From contig JBPPKV010000017.1 in the NCBI GenBank assembly GCA_051294905.1, forward strand, positions 124,001-188,000: a DNA stretch of 64,000 nt, given 5' to 3'. Origin of the DNA: Botryllus schlosseri. Lineage: Eukaryota. The notes under the pieces are model-generated. The model saw only the letters and a program-made list of their open reading frames with translations, searched no databases and was not told where the DNA came from. A program made the translations under genes and the position numbers. Position 1 is the stretch's first letter. Each line of letters begins with the position of its first letter. This document shows, piece by piece, positions 11,601 through 23,569 of this stretch.

Positions 11601-14600
11601 TGGAATCAGATGCAGTCGGTCAGTTACGCTTCCACGTTACACACTTTGACAATGACTATGTACCTCCAAACAGATGAACAGGAGCCATCCGTGAAGACGA
11701 GGAAGATCGTCAACATGATCAATGCCTCCGACAATAATGAACTGTGGCCCATAGGTGGGTATACATTTGTGTCATGTCTTGTCCTAGGAATGTGTTTGAC
11801 GTCACGTTCATCATTTTGTTTTAACTGCTGCGGGCACAATGGTTTGAGTACTCGAATCCGAATCGAGTATTACTTGTAATCATTGGAGTGGTGACAGCCG
11901 ATTTTTTTTCGCGACGTGAAAATATATTTTTTGGGAAGGTTTTTCCACTGTGAAAGTCTTGAAACCTCGAAACAGTGCCTCATAAACACAGAATCCTTTG
12001 ATTGTCAGGGTGAAAAAATGTAATGTCGTAACCGCGTGCTTGTCATGAAATGAGTTTTTCTTTTCATTTGATCTCAGTAGTACGTGTAACCTATAACGTG
12101 TGACAGTCCGTAACAAAATCTGATGAAAGTCTTTCAAATGAGCCATGAGTGACCGCTTTTGCTCAATTAATTCGATCGATACCATCAATGCGTTGTATAG
12201 CGTTTCACTACAAACACTCATGCATCAGCCGGGTCAGACCGCGGTTCATGGTGAAATGCTCTACAGCAGGGGCGGGCAACATATGGCCCGCGTCGGGATT
12301 TTGTCCGGCGCGGACAGTTTCCCTTCTTACATGATAATGTGACCCGCGACCCCACTCTGCCGAGATTCTCCACTACTTGCTCGAACGTCAAATTTTAGTG
12401 ACTGTAGAGTGCAGAGTGGAGCTTACACGTAAGTTCGTCGAACTGAGAAGACTTGCATTATCGGCATACGATTTACTCAGCCCTACTGAATTGTTATCTT
12501 GGTCAATTTGGGGTACTTGGCTTATTTCTATATCACATTAAAGACCGTAGCTATTTCATCGCACTGTGTTACAATGCTGTGGATTGATCTCAAATACACG
12601 GGTGTCGTTTCCACCAAGGTGCTTGGCTATGTATGACGTGTTTCGCATCCTGCAATACGAATAATCGAGGTTCACAGCCCTCCGCCGCGGAAAATAGGAC
12701 CAAAGTATAATTCTCGCTGATAAGTTCACTCTTGTGGCTGGGAGCTTGTAATTTCTGTACTTGAAATAATCATCTCTAAATAGTCGACTTGAATCATTAC
12801 AATTAACGCTCGATTCAGATAAGAGTGTCCGAATCATTGTGGCCAGCCCTGATCGCGACCAAGTTACACTAATTGGAGAGTGAATTGCCTGAAAAAGCAC
12901 ATTGTAACCAACTCTACTTATTTTTTGGTCAGTCTTTAATGCATCGCATGGGCTTTTCACCTTAGGAAAGTTTTCCGCCATGCAGACTCTGGTATGCTAC
13001 AAGTCCTCTTCTTTACCAGAGCTTTCACGAGTCGTTGTTCATGGGACCGACAAGTCGAAGCAAGAAGAAATTTCAAAGGGGGTGTTCCTGTCAAAAGACA
13101 TTAATATAACAACAACCGGCATGTCCAGAGTCATCCAAGGGCGAATGGTCATCCGGCCAAACGTGACAAAGCCCGAAAGGACGTGCCCGGGCACAGCGGT
13201 GAGTTTTTCTGTACCATTCATCGTCTCTCTCGTGGTTTTTGATTACTTGAGCTGCCAAGAATACTTATTGACCCAAGATACCTGAACGATTGTTTGTGGA
13301 AATGTGTATAGTATATTTTTTTTAAAACTAGTGTATTGACGTTAATCCCTTTCTCATCATATGTTGTATAAAGCAGTGGTTCTTGGAGCCAGTTTGAGGG
13401 GGTTCTAGCCCGTCCTGGCTACCATTGGCAGCAGACAATTAGGAGCGAAAAGCAGTCAAATTGTGACTGCTGTGGGGGGGTACGTGTGTAGTGCTGTATG
13501 CGGGAGACATTGGGACTCAAAATCGAAACCCATTCGTGCTCAATTGCTGATTTTATCTCCAATATTTATTTGGTCAATTGCAATTTGAAAATTGATATCT
13601 CACTGATCAAGTAATAGGTTGACATTTTCTATGGCAAAACCAAGCCTTTCGTATTCCTAACTGTTGTCTGAAATGGAATATCAGAAGTTGCAATGAATAT
13701 TCTATAGAATGATTTCATTTTTGTTGGTGCAGCCAGGGGGAAAGAGGCCAATAAATTGTTCGAGAAATTCTGGTGTCACTACATTTCTGGATTTTATTAA
13801 CCAGCTGGCACCGCTAACCGGTTTTTCCAAAAAAAATCTGATTAACTTTCGAAACTTGAAAACATAACCTCAATGGAATTCGAAACCAACATGTCATATA
13901 TCGTTGGACGCTGAATGTCAACACGCGTGTATATAATCGAGAAGACGAGAAAACCTTGTACGTTACTAAATAACATGCTTTAACGATGTAATTAATAACA
14001 ATGATCCCGCCCAAAAGCCGACCTGTGACGTCCTCATGAATATATAGCCTTAACTATGTGGCGATTTATAATGACGTGCCGTAACTTTTCCAAGACTCCA
14101 TTTGCTCATACATGTACCAATATTATTGACCGAATTCAGACTAATTTCATCGAATTAAAATTAGTGATTTGGGCTTTTCCGGTAATCAATCGCCCAATAC
14201 CAGACTTGATTCACAACGGGAAGGAATGTGTGTGTGCGTCCGTATAAATGGTAGTGATGAAATTGTCCATTGATGGGTGTGGGTCTAAGGGCTTTCCCAT
14301 GAGGGAATTTCCCTCAACACTTGAAAGATTTGCCCCCTAAATATTTTTCTGACTGTATCCTTGCTCATTTTGTATACAAGACGAACCTAAAAGAGGAGCT
14401 ACCTCTTTGGTAGGACGCAGACACCACACAATTCTAAGCTTGCATTTATTTACGGGATGCAGCATTTTCCTCTCAGGATAGCATTTAAGGGCTGCTCAGA
14501 TTGCCAAGACAGGACTATTCAGCGCTTGTCGCTTATGCGCCTATATGAACAATGGACAATTGGACATATATAACCTATATCAAAGGTATCAGCGAACAAT

Positions 14601-15102
14601 CGACAGTCTTCCCGCCGCACTAAATCGTCTTGTTAGCCGCACTTGTACCACTAACCAGGAGAGGAAGAATGGCATTTAAGCGTACTTCGAGCTAGAAATA
14701 GCGCAAAAGTAATGCACGTTTCAGACAGCCCAGTTTCAGGCTCAGTAGTTGTGCCATAAATAAATATTAAGTTGTGCAGGTCCAGGTGTGCCTCACTTTA
14801 CTGCCCTAAAGTCGAATTCCCCGTAGTTGAGAATTACTCCTAGGTTGGGTATCACTGTTCTGACATGTGTTATTAGTGTTTGTTTATGCCTGAGTCCCAA
14901 GTAATCAATATTGTCTGAACGAATATAATCTTTTTTACAGGCCTTTTTGATCGAAGAAGGAGCCGTTGAATTGACCCTCGGCGGCCAAAAGATGAAGCTA
15001 GGAGAGAGGTCTCAGTTTCAAGTGCCCCGAGGGAACAATTATAAAATAAAAAATATAGCGGCAAAGAGCGCCGTGCTCTTTGCCTGCTTTCAACTACCGT
15101 AA
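5606..15102 (+). CDS. CENPC: Centromere protein C (CENP-C/Mif2)-like, 13 exons, C-terminal cupin domain
   Basis: Exons 5606-5697, 6332-6444, 6729-6872, 7124-7448, 8120-8169, 10201-10270, 10921-10982, 11038-11115, 11177-11275, 11674-11754, 12966-13198, 14941-15102 (and a candidate 12-nt micro-exon at 5530-5541 as the 13th) join in frame without stops. C-terminus GRMVIRPNVTKPERTCPGTAAFLIEEGAVELTLGGQKMKLGERSQFQVPRGNNYKIKNIAAKSAVLFACFQLP* matches the CENP-C cupin (human ...GKLILGP...FYVPSGNYYNIKN...). A degenerate CENP-C motif lies upstream. Confidence 0.85.
5960..7860 (+). repeat. Copy 2 of the intragenic block duplication
   Basis: Collinear with 1900-3960. Exon 6729-6872 differs from 2485-2628 at 29 of 144 nt by my count. 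Confidence 0.9.
7189..7440 (+). repeat. Coding minisatellite: 14 x 18 bp encoding SKS(N/K/T)P(K/E/R)
   Basis: Unit TCC AAA TCG AA(C/G) CC(A/G) (A/G)A(A/G), 14 x 18 = 252 bp, with a 36-bp higher-order alternation. Lies inside exon 7124-7448. Confidence 0.95.
8764..9949. mobile_element. Non-autonomous hAT element in a CENP-C intron
   Basis: TIRs caggggtcgccaac ... gttggagacccctg, a perfect 8-bp TSD CAATAGAT (8756-8763 and 9950-9957), and gcggccgc/cgcgggcc subterminal repeats. Confidence 0.92.
14364..14613 (+). repeat. Dispersed repeat; inverted copy at 17841-18063
   Basis: The reverse complement aligns over ~230-250 bp (e.g. aatggacaattggacatata / tatatgtccaattgtccatt). Confidence 0.85.
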
Positions 15103-15116
15103 TTTGGAAACCTTTT

Positions 15117-15608
15117 GAAATGCCAGAAAGAAATCAGGTCCAGCTCCACAAGATATTCGCATCCACTTTATGCAGCAAGAATGGTGACCACTCTCGAAAT
15201 TTCAACACACTGAAGTACAACGACATGACTCTTCGCGGCATCCACGGCGAACGCCAATTTCTTGGCTCATCCAATGGTATGTACACTTGTATATCTAGAG
15301 CTCTCCACTGGCCTACAAGCAGCTCAATACTACGCACGGCGATGCTTATCTGCAGTTATGCTTGGAACATGGCATTACGCGGTACATTTCGTTGTAGCTT
15401 TCCGTTAAGAGTGTCGAGCTTATATCTGGTCTGGCTCATCAGACGGTGGGCAGTATCCCTTTGTGGAGAGTGCGAACGTGCGGCATAACCACTAGTTGAG
15501 CAAGGTACCATCCAATTATCAGCATAGGATCGATGAATGTTGTGTGCTATACTGTGTAATTGTGTCTTTCGGGTATCTCTGAGATGTAGCAGGTATCACT
15601 AAGGTATC
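15117..15608 (+). repeat. Unclassified interspersed repeat (other copies: 28425-28545 on +, ~33150-33720 on -)
   Basis: Shared start atgccagaaagaaat..tccagct and shared later blocks (ctgtggagag...gagttaagcaagg; agatg(t/c)agcaggtatcactaag). Confidence 0.75.
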
Positions 15609-15609
15609 T

Positions 15610-15890
15610 GACCGAGCAAGATAGTGTAATGGTGATGCGTCCGGCTTCTTGATCGGTAGGCCGTGGGTTTGATCCCCGGCCGGGTCTGACCAGAAACTTA
15701 AAAACTGGTTGCTATCCTGCTTGACGCTCAGCATCCAAAGAGAGCATGGATGAGAAAAGACGGGGGAGGGGGGGGGGGCAGACTAGCTGACCTCACGGTC
15801 GCATCTCAGTCGTAAGACCATCTCAATGGTGCAAGCGAAAACGAGTACCCCACTGCTCTCTCGTCCCTAGACTGTATTTACATCTGTACA
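15610..15890 (+). mobile_element. tRNA-derived SINE (Nin-domain-like)
   Basis: Box A tagtgtaatgg, degenerate box B ggtttgatccc, then ccccggccgggtc.gacca...aaaactggt...gctcagcat. Paralog at 19693. Confidence 0.8.
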
Positions 15891-16249
15891 TCATCGAGCA
15901 ATTTCTTCTACCAATTGTTCAGAACAATGCCGATTTTCAAACATCAAGTACTGTTTTGAGGTGCACATTGCCCTGACAAGATTTTTAATTTGTATTGTCA
16001 AAATCCGTGCAACAGTAGATTTCGATTAAGGCCAGTTTTATTAGTTTTAAGCGCTGGGGTTGTCATCTTTACCACTACCAATGATGCTACATTTAGATTG
16101 CTCAGGAATAAAGCTGCTTGCCCAAGCGTAACGGCGGGAGTTGGTTATCTATTCGTAGGTTTGTAATCTATACTATGGTTGACAACTCAGGTATCATTTC
16201 TGGAGTGTGTTCAAGTCTGCCTAACGCTCATTTATCCCTCTGAAGTGTG

Positions 16250-16266
16250 TCTGTGTGTGTGTGTGT
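16250..16266. repeat. (TG)n microsatellite
   Basis: Direct sequence. Confidence 0.8.
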
Positions 16267-16917
16267 TAATTAGGGTTGGTCAAGCGACTGTTTTCCAAAT
16301 TCATTCGGCTCGGTGAAAAAATTGTTAGGGAGCTTAGAAAACGCCTAGAACCAAAATTTGCTCATTTTGAAACAGTAGACACAAAGTCATTAATATTTTA
16401 AATTTCAACAATTTTATGGAATAATGTTATCTACCGTGAAAAATTTTTTCGGTGATTTTATTTCAAAATATGTGCACTCATTAAAACACACGAGACCATA
16501 TACATTATGTGAGAGATATTTCCAATCGGAGCATATCTTGGTGGTGCGATTTCAATATTGTGAAATACTAGAGTTGTCACATGTTATATTTCTGATATTT
16601 ACGTTGTAATCATGAAAGGACGAGTTCGGAATAGTTGGTCCTTTGCCGGTTACGTTCGCATATGCAATGTGTACATATGTGATGACGTAATAATATTACA
16701 TTTACCATTCGTATCGCAATTGCGGTTTTGGATCGTTATTATAGGTCCCAAACAATCGACAGATTATATTTTCATCTGCCCAAGACACACAATATACAAT
16801 GTGATAATTCAAGTCACACAACGCTTGCGTTCGCGATCAGTCCATCATCTCTTGTAGGCGTTTTGCGACATCTCTCCTGATTAGCTCCGTGAGATCCGTG
16901 ATTTGTTCGCGGGTCAC

Positions 16918-17459
16918 TTATCTATTTTTGATGCTGAGTTGTTTATTTATTAACAATATCCAGTTCTTGACTGTGGCATATGCTGTTAGGGTCGTTCTTT
17001 TGTGCGGTCCGTCGTAGGCATAGTACGTTTCTTCCATGATAGCATTGAAGTCCATTTTTACGATGTCTTCGACATCGGCACTAACAACGATATAAATTTT
17101 TTTTTGTAAGCAATGCATTTCATATATATATGCTTCATCGTATCCTCGTCGGCGCTGCATAGTTTGTATTTGTTTTTCTGCAGTATGTTTGCGGTATAAG
17201 TCCGGCTGGATTTTTCTTTTTTCGCACCCATGAGAAATGCTACATTTGTGATTCTGTATGCAAGCACTCCATCAATATTACTGAAGCATGCTTTTACGTC
17301 TCGCTTTGTTAGCCGTATTTCCTCCCAGATCGTAGTCTTGGTGTTTGGTTGGGTGGAATCGTTGACCGGAATTTCGTAATTCGTATACTTCCTTTTGTGT
17401 GATTTCCGTCGGGTCTTCGCATTGGACTTGTGTCGTGCAAAGGGTTTCGATCTCCTCAT
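16918..17459 (-). other. Orphan overlapping ORF pair (133 aa and 80 aa) that would fuse with one extra A in an A9 run
   Basis: ORFs 17058-17459 and 16918-17160 overlap across the T9 run at ~17097-17105. No recognised homolog. Confidence 0.25.
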
Positions 17460-19692
17460 GGTAGTTTGTTATGAGGCGTACCTGTGAGGCATGCTGTTAG
17501 GGTAGAGTTATTTGCTTACCTTTCGACCTCAATGCCCATTGCCCAAGTTGTAGATTGCTTCTTGATGCCGTTCTGCTTAGGTTTTGCATTCTTTCGCTCC
17601 TGGTTTTGATATGAATATTAATGTCAACCATGGTAATGACGCTATGGTACGATACAATAGTGAGTGTGTAACCGTGCATTGTCATCACATTTTGACATAT
17701 CTGGATAACTAGAGCCAATCAACAAATTCAGAGTTGATATTCATGAACAGCGACCCTAAATAATGAAGATTGCCCACGACCGTCTCAGAAGCATACGTCT
17801 AACAAGATGATTTAGTGCAGCCAACAAATTCCAGCTAGCCGGGAAGACTGCCGCATATTTGCTGATACCTTCAATATAGGCTATATATGTCCAATTGTCC
17901 ATTGTTCATATATGCGCATAGATGTCCTGTCTTGCCAATCTGAGTAGCTCTTCAATGCTATCCGCAGAGGAAAATGCTGCATCCCATAATGAAATGCACA
18001 ATTGGAATTGTGTGCGACCGACAAAAGAGGTGACTTCTCTTTTAGTCTTGTACACAAAATGAAGGACTTCGGTCTTGGTTACTTATAGATGTTCTGTTTT
18101 GGTGATGCTCGAGTAGCTGTTCTTTTGATGTTTCTTCGTACTGATATTCATATCCGTCATTTTAGTCGGTGTTTCCATTCTTGTAATCCTCAAGCGTATC
18201 TCCGACGAGTATTCTGTTTATTTTGTGGGCTATGCCCAATATTATTCCTTTACGCTGTAAAGTCCCCAGAAAAACTGTTCGTCTCCCTCACAGCCGAACA
18301 GTCGTCAGTAACTCAGCCATGACCAAAACACTTGATCAATGTCATCGAGATAGAATCGTTATACGATGGTGTCTATCAGGCGCGTATCCAGAGCGCGAAA
18401 AAGGGGGGGTTTTGCGTTACGAAATTGGCTATTGTGACGTCATCATTACGATCACTCATCTCCACGCCGTGGTGGAGATGTGCGGTGAGTGGGAGATGTA
18501 CGAATACGATACAGACATTGCGTGAAAATCGCGTTTCTTTTACGGTATGATTGAAAGAAATTCGTAAATGCTCACATTTAGTCATGAGCCGGCAAACGCC
18601 GCCCGTCTTCAAGCGCGACCAGAGATGCGCGTTTTTGTTGGGTTTTGACGATATTATGCGCACGGTCGGTAGTATCGCAGCGAACGAACAAGCGCGGAAT
18701 AAGGCGGTAGCGTAAACGAGGCCGATCGCGATCGCCACAGAGAGGTGTGGTGTGAACAGTGTACGTCGTACACGAATGTGTGCTTTTCGATGGCCTTACT
18801 AGCCATACGGTTGAGTGTGTAGTGCGCGCGAAGATAATTAGACCTTCATTGCAAGCACGCAAGTCAGTCAATTAATACAGAGTACACACTGGAATAATAA
18901 CTTGATCGACAGAGAAACTTGTCAGCCGGTATAATTAGGTTAACTTTACTACTAGGCCTACTCAATTCTCCCGTTCAGAGACAACATAGGCCTGTATTTG
19001 GACGACAGCAAGCCACCTAACAATCGGGAACGTGGATTGCTAGGCTTGTATTTTGAAATGTGAATGTCAATCGTAGGCCATTTCTCGCCAATAATCGCGA
19101 ATACAATGTGGATTTGAGAATAGCATTGTCGTACTGGTGTCGTCGTGTCTACGTCTCGCTGATCAATCAACACGCCGTGCAATTCTTGATTAGGATTTCA
19201 AGGCGAGCAGGTGCAGCGAATTCGCGAGCGATGTTAATTGCCGACAACTTCGTCTTTGCAATTACGTATCGCGTCGGCCAATTAGATTAGATTTTCCTAA
19301 AATGCGTCTCTCGTTTTAGCAAGGCGAGAGAGAAATCGAGGGAAGAAAGTTGAGAACGTCAGCAACTGCCACAGCTGAAATGTAGCTGAACAAGCGCAGA
19401 TTTCGTATGGAATCAGCGAATTAAAATGACCTATTTTATCCTTTCGACTAATTCGGCGCATAATTCCAATATTTTGTAGGGGTGTTAGTCCCCTTAACTA
19501 ACATTAAGACGCCATATTCGCCTTCGAATACGTAAAAACGAATATGGTAAACTGATAAATTAGCAAATATTAGAGACTATATTTGACATCAATTTTTAGG
19601 ATTTTGAAAAGGGGGGGTTCCGACCCCCTGAAACCCCCGTGAATACGCCACTGGTGTCTATCGCTGGCGTTGATAACAAACGGGGTGGTATA

Positions 19693-19960
19693 GGCCGAGC
19701 GAGATAGTGTAATGGTTATGCGTCCAGCTTCTCGATCGGTAGGTCGTGGGTTCAATCCCCGGCCGGGTCAGACCAAAGACTCCAAAACTGGTATCCGCGG
19801 CTATCCAGCTAGGCGCTCAGCATCCATGGATAGCGTGGAGGAGAAAAATACGGTGGTGCAGACTAGATTACCTTACTTAAAGGTCGTATCGCATCTCCAT
19901 CGTCAAAGCATCTCGATGGTGCAGGCGAAAATAAATCTGATCCCTCTCTCTCTCTATAAT
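19693..19960 (+). mobile_element. tRNA-derived SINE (Nin-domain-like)
   Basis: Box A tagtgtaatgg, box B ggttcaatccc, then cggccgggtcagaccaaagact..aaaactggtat...ggcgctcagcat and a CT-rich tail. Confidence 0.85.
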
Positions 19961-20489
19961 ACAGCTGCTCTATACTAAAGCAGCACAATATGCAGTAAAA
20001 TATGAAAAATCTATTCACTTTGGCATTGGTTATTCAATCAACTGCATACCGGAAAAGTGCATAGTTACTTCACAAAATTGATCCTTTCTATCATCAGATA
20101 GAATCACCACAGAGTGTGGTTCATTTTATGCAGTGAAAATAACGGAGTATTTGAATCCTACTTGGTGCACACCGTGGTTCGGTGTCTTATTGAATTAAAC
20201 GGCTTTTAGCGAATTTTACTCAGTCTCGCTCACATATCTGATGTTGACGTTGAAGCAGACAGCAACAACAGACTGAATAGTAGTCGATCGATTCCGTGGA
20301 ATCCGTGAACATGGAATTATTGAGGACGAGGAACAATGTGGAACAATTTTGATCGCAAACCAAAGCTCATTATCGCGTAGCATTCGTTCAGGATACAGAA
20401 ATGAATCAAAGTGTAATATCCTCTATCTGGAGGTTGATTGAATTGTCCTTCACTGCCTGAGTGGGGGACGCTTATACTTAATTTATTGT

Positions 20490-20700
20490 CCATGGATAAC
20501 AAATACTTTTTAGCTTATTTTAATGTTCAACTCAACAAGGCCGGAGAAAAGGCCTTACTTTTGTCTAATCTACTGAAAGACGAACTGATTAGATTGATTC
20601 ATTTTAACGTCAGATGGTTGTAATCTTATCTGGATAAACTAGAAACCCTTCTTACTGCCCTGAACAGTATTTCCGCTTTAGTGGTAGCTCGGAAATGTAC
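20490..20700 (+). mobile_element. Possible decayed Gypsy gag fragment
   Basis: YFLAYFNVQLNKAGEKALLLSNLLKDELIRL resembles the Gypsy gag N-terminal YF.AN....KK.AILLS pattern. Confidence 0.35.
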
Positions 20701-21249
20701 TTTCCAAATAAGCCCTTGATCAATGTATACTTGTTGGTGTAGCAGCCCTCCTGCGCCTCCTATTCGGGTTCGCTATCGGTCATACGCTGTCTATTCGGAG
20801 AAGAGCATGAGCTGGTTTTGCCTTTTGGGTTGTGTCGGCGGTGCGGTTGACGGTATTACTGGTCAGTTAATTGGTTCTTGGATCTGTATCGTCTGTCGGG
20901 TTGCAGTATATTTTGTGAGCTGAATAAACCTCCATATCGGACTTTGAAGACATCCAGGCCCCCAATTTCTATGAGAGCATCAGTAACTACCGTGATGAAG
21001 AAATTTCGTACAAAAACTATTCGAAATACAACAGCAATGGTTGTACACTGGAAACAATTATATGGAAATTAATCATCCAAAGGGCAGCATGTCTAAATTC
21101 AGGGGAGATATCAATGCCGATCTTCTCAAGCAGGGATCGGATCCCCACTCCAATGCCACCAAGTCTGTTGGTATAACTGAGCTGACGAGAAACACAAGTG
21201 AGGCAAGAATTCGTGTTTTAGCTCACATTGCTGTTATCACTGTTGATTG

Positions 21250-21570
21250 TTTTTGTATGTTGTTGCATTTGTTAATCTATTATGTGTTGCAAATAACCAC
21301 TTGTTAGCAATTTGTACCATGTCGAATAGCTTGCTCCGGGCATATGATAGAGTAGTTTTACGGAACAAAATGGAACGTGGTTGACAACGGTGGTGGGATC
21401 TTGTGATACATATCAGTGCTACGTTATTTGTGCAATTTCGAGAAGAGGTTGAAGTGTGAATATTGTATGAATGAAGATTGTTATCAAGCAACGATTGGAA
21501 CAGCAGGGTGAAGATTTGAAACAAATGGCATATTGAATGCATGGCTGGAGCGACTGTGTAAGACATCTTC
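21250..21570 (-). mobile_element. Decayed 3' end of an L2/CR1-group LINE
   Basis: HLFQ...NLHSYNIHTSTS...RSILF resembles the H.YNTR...SI.Y C-terminal tail of L2/Crack ORF2. Confidence 0.4.
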
Positions 21571-21817
21571 CAATGTGGTCCACACTGCCCCTGTGACTGG
21601 TCTAAGCCAATTGATTCATGAATGGATGATGATAAAATGGCCCATATATTCCTGACAAATCAATGTCGGGTGGTCTACAAAATATTGCAGAATATATCTG
21701 CAGAGCAGGCCGATACGGAAAAGATGAATAGTATTTCTATGGATGGAATTGACCTTTACATGACAGAGCACTATGATCCGAACCAATTTGTGATATGAAC
21801 CGTGAACCAAGAGCAGC

Positions 21818-22850
21818 CATACCTGAATTAGTTGCTTGTATCAGGCAAGACGTGATCAGCTGTGATTTTCGTTAATCAATAATCTGTTGGATGAACCGGT
21901 GTATATTTATGTGTTATTTTCGAAATGGAGCTGTTCTGAAACGAGTATATATACTGAAAAGCAAAAGAAACACCAGTTTCAAACTAACAGTCAAGTCTTC
22001 TTATACGAAGAAACGTAAACAAGCTGTCCGGAATTTCGATGGTCGAGTTTTTGGATATGAAGTAGATATGAAGCGCCAACTTTATGTATCAGTTCCACTG
22101 CGGTCATTGCCCTGAATATTTCAATGACTTCTTTACCCCGGAATGAAAAGCTCACAAGTACAACACACGCTCGTCCAAATATCATATGATCGACCGGAAA
22201 GATCATCGCTCTATTGAATATGCCGGACCTGGCCCGGCCATCTGACAGTCGACGAGCATGTCCACATTCAAGTCGAAATACAAGCAATTTCTACTAAATG
22301 AATACTAGTCCGCACTCAAGATTACCGGACCAAGACCTGACCTTTCGATTTCCCGTGACATGCCACCCCATTTTTATTGCATGCTTTTCTATATTGTCTT
22401 CTTTTACTCTTCATTCAGTGTGCATGTCTCCTCTTTACACCGCCTAGCTAGGCCAAGGTGAGTGTCTGATTCCTAAGACTACACCAAGTCGTTTCGACAC
22501 GTTTCTATCTTTTCATTGTATCACAATTCAAGTGGTGTACTGAACTGATAAAAATTACTAATAATCCGAACAAAGAAAGCTTCGTGATAAGTGTTGACAC
22601 TTACCTCATGGATGCTAATATATAGTGTGACGATATGCTATTACTGCATACCGGAATTAGCTGCTCGTATCAGGCAAGATGTGCTCACCTGTGATTTTCG
22701 CCAATCAAAATTCTGTTTGATGAACCGATTTATATTTATGTGTTATTTTGGAAAACAAGTTTTCTGAACGGAGTGTGCATACTGAATAGCAAAAGAAACA
22801 CCTGCTTCAAACTAACATAGTCAAGTCTTCTTCTACAAAGAAACGTGGGC
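21818..22850 (+). repeat. Direct repeat pair 21818-22020 / 22647-22850 (plus a shorter pair 22565-22625 / 22876-22935)
   Basis: Clearly alignable direct repeats, e.g. gcaaaagaaacacc...ttcaaactaaca..gtcaagtcttctt. Confidence 0.8.
22104..22300 (+). mobile_element. Decayed 3' end of an L2/CR1-group LINE ORF2
   Basis: PEYFNDFFTPE*KAHKYNTRSSKYH...SIEYAGP...STFKSKYKQFLLNEY* matches the usual L2/Crack C-terminus. Confidence 0.6.
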
Positions 22851-23569
22851 TTTCAGGAGTTTTTGGATACGAAGTGGAACAAAGAAAGCTTCCTGATAAG
22901 TGCTGACGCTCACCTCATGGATGCAAATATATATGGGCTCTATGCCATTACTACAATAGTAGGGGTGATACTCAACCACCATATCAAAAAAAGGATATGT
23001 TCACAGGAAAGGTTTTCGAAGGAGTGGTTGTATTGAAGGTGTAAAGCATACTCAAGCGTATCCAACATCAAAGTCATTGAGCAGTGAATGAATACTGGAT
23101 ACTGGCGCATGTCTGAAGACCTGCTGAGCTTGAATCTACATCATTGCATAAGCTGAACACTTTGGGTGTATTCACACCTATGAATATTTTTCTAGCAGAT
23201 GTAAATAATCCATCTGAAATATCCAATTTTCAATTTATTGTTACTGATGTACTTAATTAGAATTGATAGGCCCTAGTGGAATAAAGATACTGAATATTGC
23301 AATTGATACCCTCCTTTACGGTAGCAGAGTCGTAAACTCACTTTCCAGTGTTCATTTTCCGAATTGACCAAACGCTGTGAGGATTTCACCAGTGCATTTT
23401 CAGTTTGGTTGATTGAAGGATTGTCTGTAAATACTCTGCAGTACCGTTTGCTATCCACAATGAGGACGGTGGATATTGCTTTTCGACGATTGACTATGCT
23501 GTTGCATATAACCAAGTTCAATAGAGCGATGATAGTCTAAAATGTCTTACTCTTAGCACACTTCGTTTA

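Noticed and set aside
12556-12981. 141-aa minus-strand ORF
   Set aside because: Antisense within a CENP-C intron, with no recognisable motif.
19693-19770. tRNA gene
   Set aside because: A and B boxes are present but there is no closed cloverleaf. It continues into a SINE body shared with 15610.
22215-22270. piggyBac-like HLTVDE motif
   Set aside because: The surrounding sequence reads better as an L2/CR1 ORF2 tail in another frame.
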